Below, in pieces: positions 44,025 through 52,675 of a stretch of DNA of 64,000 bases. Source of the DNA: a virus (taxonomy: Duplodnaviria > Caudoviricetes). The position numbers and the translations under genes were made by a program. Where the stretch lies: positions 394 to 64,393 of IMG/VR virus record IMGVR_UViG_3300026549_002518; one strand, 5' to 3'. The notes under the pieces were generated by a model. That model saw only the letters and a program-made list of their open reading frames with translations, was not told the DNA's origin and did not search any database. Every line of letters starts with the position of its first letter. The stretch's first letter is position 1.

Positions 44025-45176
44025 TTAACAACCCTTCCGTTTTCTTGCCTTACGCAAATCGCCAGCAATGACATCATCGGTTATCTCTGCATATATGCCA
44101 GTAGTCTGAATGTTAGAATGACCGAGAAGTCGCTGAATAGTTGATAGCTGTACACCCTGCTGTAGAAGCAGAGAGGCGAAGGTGTGACGAGCAGTATGGA
44201 ACGTAAATCCCTTATCGCCACAATCTGCCATCTTCAAGATGTCTTTCAGATGCTTGTTGACAGTAGCATTGGAACCAATGTGCGTTGTAAGCCCTTCTAT
44301 AGAGCCGTACCTTTCAATGATAGACAGCGCCTTGCCGTCAAAGAGTTCTTTTACAGGAATATGAACATCCAATTGTGTCTTCACCATACGCTTGATGATG
44401 ACACCTTTCTGTAGGTGCTCGTTGCGTAGCGTATGCACGTCAGAGAAACGCAGACCAGTATAGCAGGAGAACAGGAAAGCGTCACGTACCATAGCAACCT
44501 TTCCTACCAGTTGCAGGTCTTCGACCTTTCTCAACTGTGCAGAAGATAGGAAACCACGCTTGGAAGTCATGGCAGGAATCTTGAAACGCTCAAATGGCGA
44601 CTCATGGATAAGCTTACGCTTCTTTGCTTCAAGGATGATGGTTCGCAGGATACGCAGTCGGCATACACGGGTGTTGTGACCGTTACCATGTGCTTTCAGC
44701 CATGTGTCATACTTACAGACAAATGTGTAGTCAACATCTTGCAGGAGAGTGCCAGGGCGGAACTTCTCGATGGAGTTGAAGAGTGTGCGGTAAGACCTGC
44801 GTGTCATCTCACGTCGTGTAGACGAAGAGTTGAGCATTTCTTGTCCGAAGTCGATGAGACGAGCTGTAGGACGGGAGTTCTCACGCCATGCCTGACGCAA
44901 CAGCTCTAACGTAGGAGGAACACCACGCTTCATGCAATCTATTTCTACTGACTGCAGGTCGTAGATAATCTGACGCAGGCGGTAATTCAACTGCTCAGCG
45001 ATAGGATGGTTAACAACTTGCCCATGACAGAATTGGTCGGGCGTTACCTTTACACGGGTGGAGAAATAGGCTTTCCGTCGCTGTTGCGAGCATTCTATCT
45101 GTAGAAGCCCGCTGCCGTCTGGAGCCAATCGTCCGTTACGACAGAACGTCGCACGGTAGGAAATTAAGTTAAACAT
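44025..45176 (-). CDS. Tyrosine recombinase/integrase (Bacteroidetes Arm-DNA-bind + SAM-like + catalytic domains)
   Basis: FSCYTGLRFSD (R), K, HTARHTFA (HxxR), LLGHS, IYA (Tyr); likely start MFNLISYR at 45176. Confidence 0.9.
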   Translation of the reverse strand: MFNLISYRATFCRNGRLAPDGSGLLQIECSQQRRKAYFSTRVKVTPDQFCHGQVVNHPIAEQLNYRLRQIIYDLQSVEIDCMKRGVPPTLELLRQAWRENSRPTARLIDFGQEMLNSSSTRREMTRRSYRTLFNSIEKFRPGTLLQDVDYTFVCKYDTWLKAHGNGHNTRVCRLRILRTIILEAKKRKLIHESPFERFKIPAMTSKRGFLSSAQLRKVEDLQLVGKVAMVRDAFLFSCYTGLRFSDVHTLRNEHLQKGVIIKRMVKTQLDVHIPVKELFDGKALSIIERYGSIEGLTTHIGSNATVNKHLKDILKMADCGDKGFTFHTARHTFASLLLQQGVQLSTIQRLLGHSNIQTTGIYAEITDDVIAGDLRKARKRKGC

Positions 45177-45277
45177 ACCAACATTATGTTTAATTACCAA
45201 CGAAAATAGCGAGCAGGAGGGGTTGTTGGATGCCCGCTTCACAGGGTAGCTAATCCTGCTTATCCGCTCGCTTGGTG

Positions 45278-45285
45278 CAAAGATA
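45278..45285 (-). promoter_or_regulatory. -7 promoter element for recombinase (TATCTTTG)
   Basis: CAAAGATA on plus strand, ~100 nt upstream of start. Confidence 0.6.
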
Positions 45286-45405
45286 AGAAGAAAATTTTAA
45301 AAATACAACAAAAAGAATGAAAAACAGAATGAATAATTTAATTGTGTCACATTACTGTAATAACATCACAAGAGCATGAGGCCTGTAATAATATAATATA
45401 TGTGT

Positions 45406-45651
45406 ATGAAGAAGATTTTCGAATGGTTCAAGGCGAGCAACCGCTACAAGCACTTCCTGCTGGGTGCCGCCTATGGCCTTGCTGCCGATGATGCATACTG
45501 TGCTGTATATGGTGGTATCGGTGTGTCTCTCGCCTTGGAGTTCAAGGATGGACAATGGGGTGGCAAGCCCGACTGGATAGATGCCACACTGACCTTTGCA
45601 GGAGTGATGGCAGGATATGGTATCAGGACATTAGGACTGAGTATGATATAA
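45406..45651 (+). CDS. Small membrane protein
   Basis: KHFLLG..GVSLALEFKD..WIDATLTFAG motif; hydrophobic; followed by a GC hairpin plus T-run at 45669-45700. Confidence 0.6.
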   Translation: MKKIFEWFKASNRYKHFLLGAAYGLAADDAYCAVYGGIGVSLALEFKDGQWGGKPDWIDATLTFAGVMAGYGIRTLGLSMI

Positions 45652-45664
45652 GACCAACATAAAG

Positions 45665-45812
45665 AGTTGGGGGGAAAGGAAAAATCCCCCGACTTTTTTG
45701 CCTAAATAAGACGCTTCACTTTCTTATATAGTATCCCACATCGTGGTGTCGGGGGAGTATGTGCCCTGCTACCATGACGTGGGATATTTGTATCTTATAA
45801 GTTAAGTGAAGC
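45665..45812 (-). ncRNA. Putative structured small RNA
   Basis: TACCTTTG promoter element at 45818-45825 (minus); long interrupted hairpin 45713-45812; no obvious ORF seen. Confidence 0.4.
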
Positions 45813-45858
45813 AGGTGCAAAGGTAATAATTATTATTGAACCGACAAAATTTTATATT

Positions 45859-46128
45859 ATGAAAGTCGTAGAATTACTAAAAATAGGCACCGAATTGTTA
45901 AAAGTGATGTCAGAGAATGATGTCATGCGTGATGACTGGCGTTTCGTAAAGATGTACGAGGAATTTCAAGCTATGAGAACCAACGGTTTGAAGTACAGGG
46001 AATGTGTGCGGATGCTTGCAGAAGACTATGGTATCAGCACAGCCACAGTTGTCAGAGCATTGCGAAGACTGGCAGGCAACTGTACCTCATACACCGACAG
46101 GAATAACGCAGTAAGGGTAGCGGCGTAG
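45859..46128 (+). CDS. HTH DNA-binding protein
   Basis: VRMLAEDYGISTATVVRALRRL helix-turn-helix. Confidence 0.7.
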   Translation: MKVVELLKIGTELLKVMSENDVMRDDWRFVKMYEEFQAMRTNGLKYRECVRMLAEDYGISTATVVRALRRLAGNCTSYTDRNNAVRVAA

Positions 46129-46170
46129 ACAATAGGCTCCCAAGATAATCAACACAAAAACTAAAGTATT

Positions 46171-46620
46171 ATGAATTGTAATCAGAACGGAAAGACACTG
46201 GTGGAGTATCTTACCCCAGTGCCAGGCGGTACAGCCGCCGATGCCACGTACCTGTTGGCACTTGACCATTTCACCTGTGGCAACAAGAAGCTTTGCACGC
46301 AGGAGGTATTTCCCGTAACAGCCGACCTGAAGGCGACACCACTGGGCGCACCAGTGGACGTTGGTAACGGAAGCTTCTGTCAGGAAGTGCTTATCTCTGG
46401 TACGTGTACGTACATGCCGTACAAGTGCGGATGCCAGTGTGGTGTATGTCCGCAGACAGAGAACATCTACTGCACCATCTGTGTGCCTTGCTCGTCAGCC
46501 GTAACACCTACGCTGACTATTGGAACCAGTGTAGCATCACCCACGAACGTGCAGCCGTGCTGTAACGTGACCAATGCGATAGCTATCACGACTACCATCA
46601 ACGTAACGACGGGAGCATAG
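46171..46620 (+). CDS. Cys-rich hypothetical protein
   Basis: 149 aa with CGCQCGVC, CTICVPC, PCC clusters. Confidence 0.65.
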   Translation: MNCNQNGKTLVEYLTPVPGGTAADATYLLALDHFTCGNKKLCTQEVFPVTADLKATPLGAPVDVGNGSFCQEVLISGTCTYMPYKCGCQCGVCPQTENIYCTICVPCSSAVTPTLTIGTSVASPTNVQPCCNVTNAIAITTTINVTTGA

Positions 46621-46621
46621 T

Positions 46622-46984
46622 ATGTGGATAGATATTGTCAGCATCCTGTTTGTCTGTGTAGCAGCTAACCACCTTGGACTGGTTGCCGCCATGGAGAAGA
46701 CGGTAGGGCGTAAACTGCCCATCGTCAACTGTGTGAAGTGCAGCACGTTTTGGGTGACGCTGGCTTATGGCTGCAATGACATTGCAGCATACGGAACAGT
46801 GGCAGTGGTGCTGGCAATAGCTTTCCTTTGCAGCTGGATGGCCGTATGGCTGGAGCTTGCAATGGGAATAGTAGACCAACTATATTTGAAGCTTTATGAG
46901 ACGATTTACACAACAGACAGTGACGACACGCCTTCCGCAGATCGAGACGAGAGCGATACCGCAGATGCCGTGCCCAAACTGTAA
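46622..46984 (+). CDS. Membrane protein with CxxCxxFW motif (DUF1360-like)
   Basis: NCVKCSTFW between hydrophobic segments. Confidence 0.55.
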   Translation: MWIDIVSILFVCVAANHLGLVAAMEKTVGRKLPIVNCVKCSTFWVTLAYGCNDIAAYGTVAVVLAIAFLCSWMAVWLELAMGIVDQLYLKLYETIYTTDSDDTPSADRDESDTADAVPKL

Positions 46985-47039
46985 CAATCCCGCTGGAAAC
47001 ACAAAGGGAGTGATAACCAATAAACGTAGACGGAAATGA
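46896..47039 (+). CDS. Small CPNC-motif protein, 47 aa
   Basis: MRRFTQQ...QMPCPNCNN...KRRRK; stop overlaps next ATG (ATGA). Confidence 0.4.
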   Translation: MRRFTQQTVTTRLPQIETRAIPQMPCPNCNNPAGNTKGVITNKRRRK

Positions 47040-47518
47040 GCGCACAGGAACTGAAAGAGAAATACTTGGCCCTGTATGAGTATATGGCCAACAGTAAGAA
47101 GCCGGAAAACATGAAGGCTTTTGGCAGGGTGATGACCACAATGATGAACGACCTGATAGCCAGCAGCCCGAGCAAGGCAGAAGAGTATATCAACAAGCTG
47201 GAAGCCATCAAGTGGTGTAACTATCTGACACCCGCTGAGGCTGACAAGATAGTCAGCGCTATGGTGCCGGCAGCACCCTGGAGCCGTGAGCAATGGAAAA
47301 GCGCCATGATAAGCCATGAGCTGGAGTTGGAAGAGTGGCCATGTTATAACAGGTGCGCCCTGTATGCCACCATGAACATGATTATGTCAGACTCGTCAGA
47401 GACGCTGAAAAAGATTGTTGGTGGCGGTGACCTGTTTGTGGCGGTGTATCAGCTTGCCGTGGATAAGCTAAAGGACTCTGACGGGCGCTTTAATGTGCGC
47501 AAGTACTTTAATGTATGA
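47036..47518 (+). CDS. Phage hypothetical protein (helical)
   Basis: 160-aa ORF with ATGA coupling at both ends. Confidence 0.7.
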   Translation: MSAQELKEKYLALYEYMANSKKPENMKAFGRVMTTMMNDLIASSPSKAEEYINKLEAIKWCNYLTPAEADKIVSAMVPAAPWSREQWKSAMISHELELEEWPCYNRCALYATMNMIMSDSSETLKKIVGGGDLFVAVYQLAVDKLKDSDGRFNVRKYFNV

Positions 47519-47685
47519 ACAGGCGTGACTGGATGATGCTGCAAGCCTTGCAGGAGCAGAACGAGAAGTTGGAAGACATCAGACGCAGGCAGTCGTGGTG
47601 GCGAGACTTCTCGAGCAACGTAGCGGGTAATGCCGTATGGGACGGTGCAGTATTTCTGTTGTCACGACTGTTGAGGAAACTGTAA
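47515..47685 (+). CDS. Small protein, 56 aa (MNRRDWMMLQALQEQNEKL...DFSSNVAGNAVWDGAVFLLSRLLRKL)
   Basis: Hand-translated; ATGA-coupled to upstream gene. Confidence 0.55.
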   Translation: MNRRDWMMLQALQEQNEKLEDIRRRQSWWRDFSSNVAGNAVWDGAVFLLSRLLRKL

Positions 47686-47723
47686 GCCAGCATTGCCGTG
47701 TTGGTAGGGGAGTGGTCGCAAGG

Positions 47724-48044
47724 CTACTCCCTGTGTTTTGTCGATACTTCTGCTATAAAACATACGCAGGCTGCAATGTGTGGAATTTGGCTGTTGAGCG
47801 AACCGGTAACAATAGCTGCAACAGCAGCAAACACAACAGTCATTATCACGTATGTATATGCCCAGTGCAGACCGGAACAGTCTTCTTCTGTCTTTTGCAA
47901 AAGATTGATTGGTATGCTTGCAATAAGAGATAGCCATGGTAGAGCTATGCCAAAACCCCACAGGCAGCCAGTGTCTTGATAGGAAAACCAAGACACGATA
48001 TAAAAGAAGAGAGCAGCAATACCAAGAAATGTAGACAGCTTCAT
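47724..48044 (-). CDS. Multi-pass membrane protein co-translated with repressor
   Basis: Start MKLSTFLG overlaps repressor stop (ATGA); 3-4 hydrophobic segments. Confidence 0.6.
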   Translation of the reverse strand: MKLSTFLGIAALFFYIVSWFSYQDTGCLWGFGIALPWLSLIASIPINLLQKTEEDCSGLHWAYTYVIMTVVFAAVAAIVTGSLNSQIPHIAACVCFIAEVSTKHRE

Positions 48045-48436
48045 GCCAGCGACATCTTTTCTCTTTGGTACAACTCCATCATCTTTTCTGTAATACGCAT
48101 GTGTTCCATCCACAAGGAAAACAGCTCTGACTCTCTGTTGATATAGCCAGGGACATTTTTGTGGCGAAGCTCTAAGCGTAGTCGCTCATTTTCTTCTCGC
48201 AGTCGATCAATACTTTCTATATCGCCACCTTCTGAAGAGAACATTTCACCAGTACCTTTTAAAAGCCACTCAGAATTGATTTCGTTATAACGAGAAATGA
48301 CCTTTAATAGAACTTCTTCTGACACCGTTTTGGTTTTTGCCCATAAGCCGTTAGAGATGCCAATTTCCTGCTCAAATGCCTTTACAGTAAGACCTTTGAG
48401 GTTGATAAACTCTTCAATCCTTTCTTTAATACCCAT
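48041..48436 (-). CDS. CI-like XRE HTH repressor
   Basis: KGLTVKAFEQEIGISNG...INSEWLLKGTGEMF; divergent from the early operon. Confidence 0.85.
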   Translation of the reverse strand: MGIKERIEEFINLKGLTVKAFEQEIGISNGLWAKTKTVSEEVLLKVISRYNEINSEWLLKGTGEMFSSEGGDIESIDRLREENERLRLELRHKNVPGYINRESELFSLWMEHMRITEKMMELYQREKMSLA

Positions 48437-48456
48437 AGTTAATAATTATTAATAAT

Positions 48457-48508
48457 TAGAATTAATTCTATCAATATTTGGTTGTTTGTAGAATTTCTTC
48501 TATCTTTG
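48457..48508. promoter_or_regulatory. Lysis/lysogeny switch: operators TAGAA-N4-TTCTA and early promoter TTTG-N20-TATCTTTG
   Basis: TAGAATTAATTCTA 48457-48470 (perfect palindrome); TAGAATTTCTTCTA 48489-48502 overlapping -7 element 48501-48508; TTTG 48477-48480. Confidence 0.7.
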
Positions 48509-48548
48509 CAGTGTAAAGTTAATAAATTATTAATTAAAAAGCAAGAAA

Positions 48549-48737
48549 ATGGAAGAAAATCTTCGAATCAAACCTACGATTGAGGAAATGAAGCCGAACG
48601 AAATCAAGGCTTTTCCCATTGAGCGTTTAAGCTCCGTCCGTGTGTATTGCTCTGATTTGGGCGCAACGCTCAACAGAAAATACAAGTCACGAAAGAGCTT
48701 TGACGGGAAGCAAATAGAAGTTATTCGAATTTACTAA
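48549..48737 (+). CDS. Cro-like/early small DNA-binding protein
   Basis: First gene of the divergent early operon; 62 aa basic. Confidence 0.6.
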   Translation: MEENLRIKPTIEEMKPNEIKAFPIERLSSVRVYCSDLGATLNRKYKSRKSFDGKQIEVIRIY

Positions 48738-48768
48738 GACTACCCGAAAAACCTAACATTCATTCATT

Positions 48769-48978
48769 ATGGCAACAAGTATCTACAATCCTGTATCACC
48801 CAGCGACACTTACTGTGTCTATGACCAGTTCCACATGGGCTGTAAGAGCCACATTGAAGTACCGGTTAAGGGAAGACAAGAGGCCATCAAGACCTACGCT
48901 TTTTATAAGGCAGCTTATCCTAATCTGTCACTTGGACTTTGCACGATAGAGTATTATAAACATCTAAGAGCACACTAA
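48769..48978 (+). CDS. Phage hypothetical protein
   Basis: 69-aa ORF with A-rich leader. Confidence 0.55.
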   Translation: MATSIYNPVSPSDTYCVYDQFHMGCKSHIEVPVKGRQEAIKTYAFYKAAYPNLSLGLCTIEYYKHLRAH

Positions 48979-48982
48979 GACT

Positions 48983-49150
48983 ATGGCAAGACTGACAAAG
49001 TTTGAAAAAGAGACCGTCTACAGGGCTGTGGCTAAGATGGATGAGTTAATAGAAAAGGATGTTCTGTTAGCTGCTGACTTTACGAACGACGAAAAGAAGG
49101 AGCTGAACAGTGCGAGACTAAAAATGAGGATGGAACTTTACGGATTTTGA
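48983..49150 (+). CDS. Phage hypothetical protein, 55 aa
   Basis: Hand-translated MARLTKFEKETVYRAVAKMDELIEK...; fills the gap in the operon. Confidence 0.5.
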   Translation: MARLTKFEKETVYRAVAKMDELIEKDVLLAADFTNDEKKELNSARLKMRMELYGF

Positions 49151-49152
49151 CT

Positions 49153-49455
49153 ATGGACCTGAACAGCCTGATATACTCCGACAATGCTGCCAACATACAA
49201 GTGGTAGTGAACGCAAAGGATTTGCGCGACTTTGCCGACAACCTGATAGCGTTTGCCACCAAGACGATACTGGAGCGTGACGAGCCGACGTATTACACCC
49301 GAGAGGAAATGCTGGAGCTTCTGCACTGTACAGACCCGACATTGAACAAGTATCGTTCGAAGGGTATCATACCAGAGCCGGAAACCATCGGCGGCAAGGT
49401 GCTCTATGACAAGGCAAAGGTGCGTGAGGCCATCAAGAATTTGAAACGTAACTAA
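49153..49455 (+). CDS. Excisionase-like HTH (MerR/HTH_17) protein
   Basis: YYTREEMLELLHCTDPTLNKYRSKGII..IGGKVLY. Confidence 0.75.
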   Translation: MDLNSLIYSDNAANIQVVVNAKDLRDFADNLIAFATKTILERDEPTYYTREEMLELLHCTDPTLNKYRSKGIIPEPETIGGKVLYDKAKVREAIKNLKRN

Positions 49456-49468
49456 TAAGCATAGGACT

Positions 49469-49690
49469 ATGAGACAATGGAAGATACAGTTAACAGTTAC
49501 CGTCGGAAGTATTATTGCTTTCCTGATGCTGATAGGATGGGCAGGTGATATTGACTACACCGACCAGATAATACTGCGTATGTCACAGGAAGAGTACGAC
49601 ATCGTGCGCCAGCGCCTTGCAAAAGACACCGGTAGCGAGCCGTCAGAACGGGAGATAGCACGCTGGTGGGCAGAACACAATAACGACTGA
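49469..49690 (+). CDS. Small membrane-anchored phage protein
   Basis: N-terminal TM helix, 73 aa. Confidence 0.55.
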   Translation: MRQWKIQLTVTVGSIIAFLMLIGWAGDIDYTDQIILRMSQEEYDIVRQRLAKDTGSEPSEREIARWWAEHNND

Positions 49691-49694
49691 CATC

Positions 49695-49883
49695 ATGGGC
49701 ACACGAACTGATAAGACACGCAGAGAGCTGGAACTACGCTGCAGGAGCCTACGGGCAGATCTGTACCAGATGTGTGGAGGCATGGCTGTAAGGTCAATGG
49801 AAGTACTGTGCAGGAAGCTGCACCAAGTCGAGATTAAACTACATTCATTCAAGAAACATGGCAACAAACAAGAAGGCTGCTAA
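49695..49883 (+). CDS. Phage hypothetical protein
   Basis: 62-aa ORF in operon. Confidence 0.4.
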   Translation: MGTRTDKTRRELELRCRSLRADLYQMCGGMAVRSMEVLCRKLHQVEIKLHSFKKHGNKQEGC

Positions 49884-50121
49884 CAAGCAGGACAAGAAAG
49901 AAGAGAAGAAGAACACCAAGCCGGTGTGCTGCATGAACTGTCTGCACTCCTTGTTGCACAGGTATGGTAACAACCCTATACTGGCAGGATGCAAATGCAA
50001 GCCGCAGAACGACGACCGCTTCCCGTATGAGGTACAGATAGCTCGCTTCATGCGTGTATGCCCCGACTGGAAAGAGAGCCACGAAGAGAAGGTTGTAGAG
50101 CAGCGTATCAAGGTAGCATGA
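49858..50121 (+). CDS. Phage hypothetical Cys-containing protein
   Basis: CMNC..C.CK..C motif; ATGA-coupled to initiator. Confidence 0.6.
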   Translation: MATNKKAANKQDKKEEKKNTKPVCCMNCLHSLLHRYGNNPILAGCKCKPQNDDRFPYEVQIARFMRVCPDWKESHEEKVVEQRIKVA

Positions 50122-50972
50122 GTAGCGGGTGGTATAAGCAGCAGCGTGACCTCTTCGATAGGCCGTGGGCCAAAGATGCCAAGATGGTGTCTGTGTATGC
50201 CTACCTACATTGTTGTGCCTACGTACAGACTGGCAAGCTGCATGGGCATCTGATACGCCGTGGTAGCTGTATGACGAGCCGTGCCGCCATCATGGAAGCC
50301 ACAGGGCTGACCGAGCAGGAAGTGAAGTCGAGAATGAGCAAACTGGTAACATTCGGTGAGATAGTTGTTAAACCATCCAACAAGGGCAATATTATAACCG
50401 TCTGCGACTATGATAGTTGCAACGAAATGGAAGACATTTTCAGTCTTGCATCATCCAACGAAGACACCAACGAAGACACCAGCAAGGACACCACCCAGGA
50501 ACCAACGTATATATATAAAAGAAATAAGAAGGAAGAATATATAAGTACTTACAGTCCTTATGATGAGAGAGAGAGAAGAAAGACGGTTAAAGAGATACAG
50601 ACGAAATATAATAAGATGTTTGAGGGCCGCCTGCCACCATATACGAAGCTCTACCTTGCCACACAGTTGAAAGTGGAAGAGTGCATAAGGCGCTTTGGAA
50701 GAGCATCAGTAGACCTGGTACTGGAACAGGTAGACAACGAGCCGTTTAGCCTTGGGAAGAACAATACCGGTTTTATAGCTACCTTTCAATTCATCTTTGA
50801 GCCGTCGGAGTTTCAGAAATACTTAGAGCGTGCCCAGCTGAGGCTAAAGCTAAAGAAGAAAGCACAGGAGCAGAAGCCTCAGCAGAGGCAGACAGAAGAA
50901 AAAGCGCCTACAGGCAGTTGGCTGGATGAATATGCCAACGATCCAAACTGGCGCCCAGAGAAAAGACAATGA
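50118..50972 (+). CDS. Phage replication initiator (wHTH N-terminus)
   Basis: SGWYK..R..W..D N-terminus, HTH, IITVCDYD, central repeats; C-terminal ATFQFIF domain. Confidence 0.7.
   Translation: MSSGWYKQQRDLFDRPWAKDAKMVSVYAYLHCCAYVQTGKLHGHLIRRGSCMTSRAAIMEATGLTEQEVKSRMSKLVTFGEIVVKPSNKGNIITVCDYDSCNEMEDIFSLASSNEDTNEDTSKDTTQEPTYIYKRNKKEEYISTYSPYDERERRKTVKEIQTKYNKMFEGRLPPYTKLYLATQLKVEECIRRFGRASVDLVLEQVDNEPFSLGKNNTGFIATFQFIFEPSEFQKYLERAQLRLKLKKKAQEQKPQQRQTEEKAPTGSWLDEYANDPNWRPEKRQ
50455..50540. repeat. Putative origin iterons within initiator gene
   Basis: 12-bp-period ccaacgaagaca x2, ccagcaaggaca, ccacccaggaa, ccaacg, followed by an AT-rich tract. Confidence 0.5.
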
Positions 50973-51523
50973 AACGTATAACAAATACCGACCTTCTGAG
51001 CCGGCCTAAACTTAGAACAATTATGAAGAATCACGAAGAAAGCAACTTGCAGAAACAGTGCGTAGCATGGTTTAGGGCACAGTACCCCCAGTTTGCTATG
51101 CTGATGACACACCCCATCAATGAGGGTGGTAAGAACACAAGAGCGTCAGGAGCCATCCACAAGGGCGAGGGAACAGTAGCCGGTGTGCCCGACCTGTTGT
51201 TTTTCCTGCCCAGCTACATGCAAACAAAGGACACGATGGACAGACCGATATGGACGGAGATACACGGCCTTGGCATAGAGATGAAGACCAGCACCGGCAA
51301 ACAGTCACCAGAGCAGAAGAAATTTCAGAAGATGTTTGAGGCTGCAGGTTATAGCTATCATATCGTCAAGAGTTTTGAAGAGTTCCGTCTGTTGGTGATA
51401 TGGTATATCAACATGGCATACGAAGGCTATAAGAAAGACATCACCGAAACATACAAGAAGTTGCAGAAGGAAGCAGAGGATAAGGAAAGAGAACATTTCT
51501 ACAAGGTAATAGGAAAGAAGTAA
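50969..51523 (+). CDS. VRR-NUC (PD-D/ExK) nuclease
   Basis: ESNLQKQCVAWFR, GVPDL, IEMK..GKQSPEQKKF. Confidence 0.85.
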   Translation: MKRITNTDLLSRPKLRTIMKNHEESNLQKQCVAWFRAQYPQFAMLMTHPINEGGKNTRASGAIHKGEGTVAGVPDLLFFLPSYMQTKDTMDRPIWTEIHGLGIEMKTSTGKQSPEQKKFQKMFEAAGYSYHIVKSFEEFRLLVIWYINMAYEGYKKDITETYKKLQKEAEDKEREHFYKVIGKK

Positions 51524-51526
51524 GAT

Positions 51527-51709
51527 ATGGCAAACTCATACGTAATAACTGCCATAAATAAGCTCACTGGTGAGCGTGACATCATCAGTCCGCAATGTTC
51601 ATACGACAAAGGAAAGGAAGCCATCAAGAAGTTTATAGAGCAGAGACACGAAGACTCTCCGTATCTTTTCCCAAGGCTTGCAGTGTATAACCCCAAAATA
51701 AAGATGTGA
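51527..51709 (+). CDS. Phage hypothetical protein
   Basis: 60-aa ORF in operon. Confidence 0.5.
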   Translation: MANSYVITAINKLTGERDIISPQCSYDKGKEAIKKFIEQRHEDSPYLFPRLAVYNPKIKM

Positions 51710-51710
51710 T

Positions 51711-52259
51711 ATGCCGTTTAAAGTAATCTTTAAGCTCTATGAGCCAAACAAAATTGCTCCGTGCTTCACGACAACAGACCGTGACCTTGCATACGCTGAG
51801 ATCAATGCAATGAAGCGCAAGCGAGAAACAGTACTGTCACGCATGATACGTGAGGTTAAGCTGGTAAAGCCCACCAAGGATGAAGAATACGTACACCTTG
51901 TATACAGGGTGCGTAAGGCTATTAGGAAGTTCTTTGATGAAGGACGGAAACCGGAAGACAAGCAACAGTCAGATGATTTGGAGTCAGAGCTTGATACATG
52001 GAACCAGCAGACCCGCAACTATATCAATGCTCACCCAGACTTTGAAAAGAAGCTGATGAGTCTGCATGCCGACAGCGACAAGCGACGTAGCTTCGCTTTC
52101 TTCCTGCTGGTAGAGAAATGGCGCACAGAATGGCACAAATTCTTTGCCATCAAGAATCCCGAGGGCGAGATGGTACAGGTAAAGAACGAAATCAAGAAGG
52201 CGTGCTTTGGCATGGAGAAAGAGATAGACAGTTACATAAGAGAAGCAATAGGACTATGA
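51711..52259 (+). CDS. Phage hypothetical protein
   Basis: 182-aa ORF in operon. Confidence 0.6.
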   Translation: MPFKVIFKLYEPNKIAPCFTTTDRDLAYAEINAMKRKRETVLSRMIREVKLVKPTKDEEYVHLVYRVRKAIRKFFDEGRKPEDKQQSDDLESELDTWNQQTRNYINAHPDFEKKLMSLHADSDKRRSFAFFLLVEKWRTEWHKFFAIKNPEGEMVQVKNEIKKACFGMEKEIDSYIREAIGL

Positions 52260-52675
52260 CAGGAGCAAATTTTAAAAAGCTGGAACAAGACTGCGAAATA
52301 TACATGGACGGCAAAGCCTACCGTGTAGAGGACACCAACCAGCGCATGGGACAGGTAAAGTTGCAGCATATAGTATTTCTTATCGACGTGTACGAATACC
52401 AAGACGAAACGTATGATACAGAAGACGATGCCAATGATGCCGTCAGTACCAGTCTCACCGACCTGAAGGAAGAACTTGAAGACCTCAACGAGCAGCTTTT
52501 GGAGTGTGACGATGATTACAAAGACGAGATACAGAATGATATTGACGAGAAGGAGCGACTGATAGACGAGCTGGAATATTGCGACATAGAGACAGAAGAA
52601 TCAGGCGAACCTTTTTGGATGCACTATAAGGATGTTGAAGATGAAGATATAATATACAGCTATGAACAAGATTAA
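52256..52675 (+). CDS. Acidic phage hypothetical protein
   Basis: Likely start MTGANF (ATGA overlap); very D/E-rich coiled coil. Confidence 0.6.
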   Translation: MTGANFKKLEQDCEIYMDGKAYRVEDTNQRMGQVKLQHIVFLIDVYEYQDETYDTEDDANDAVSTSLTDLKEELEDLNEQLLECDDDYKDEIQNDIDEKERLIDELEYCDIETEESGEPFWMHYKDVEDEDIIYSYEQD

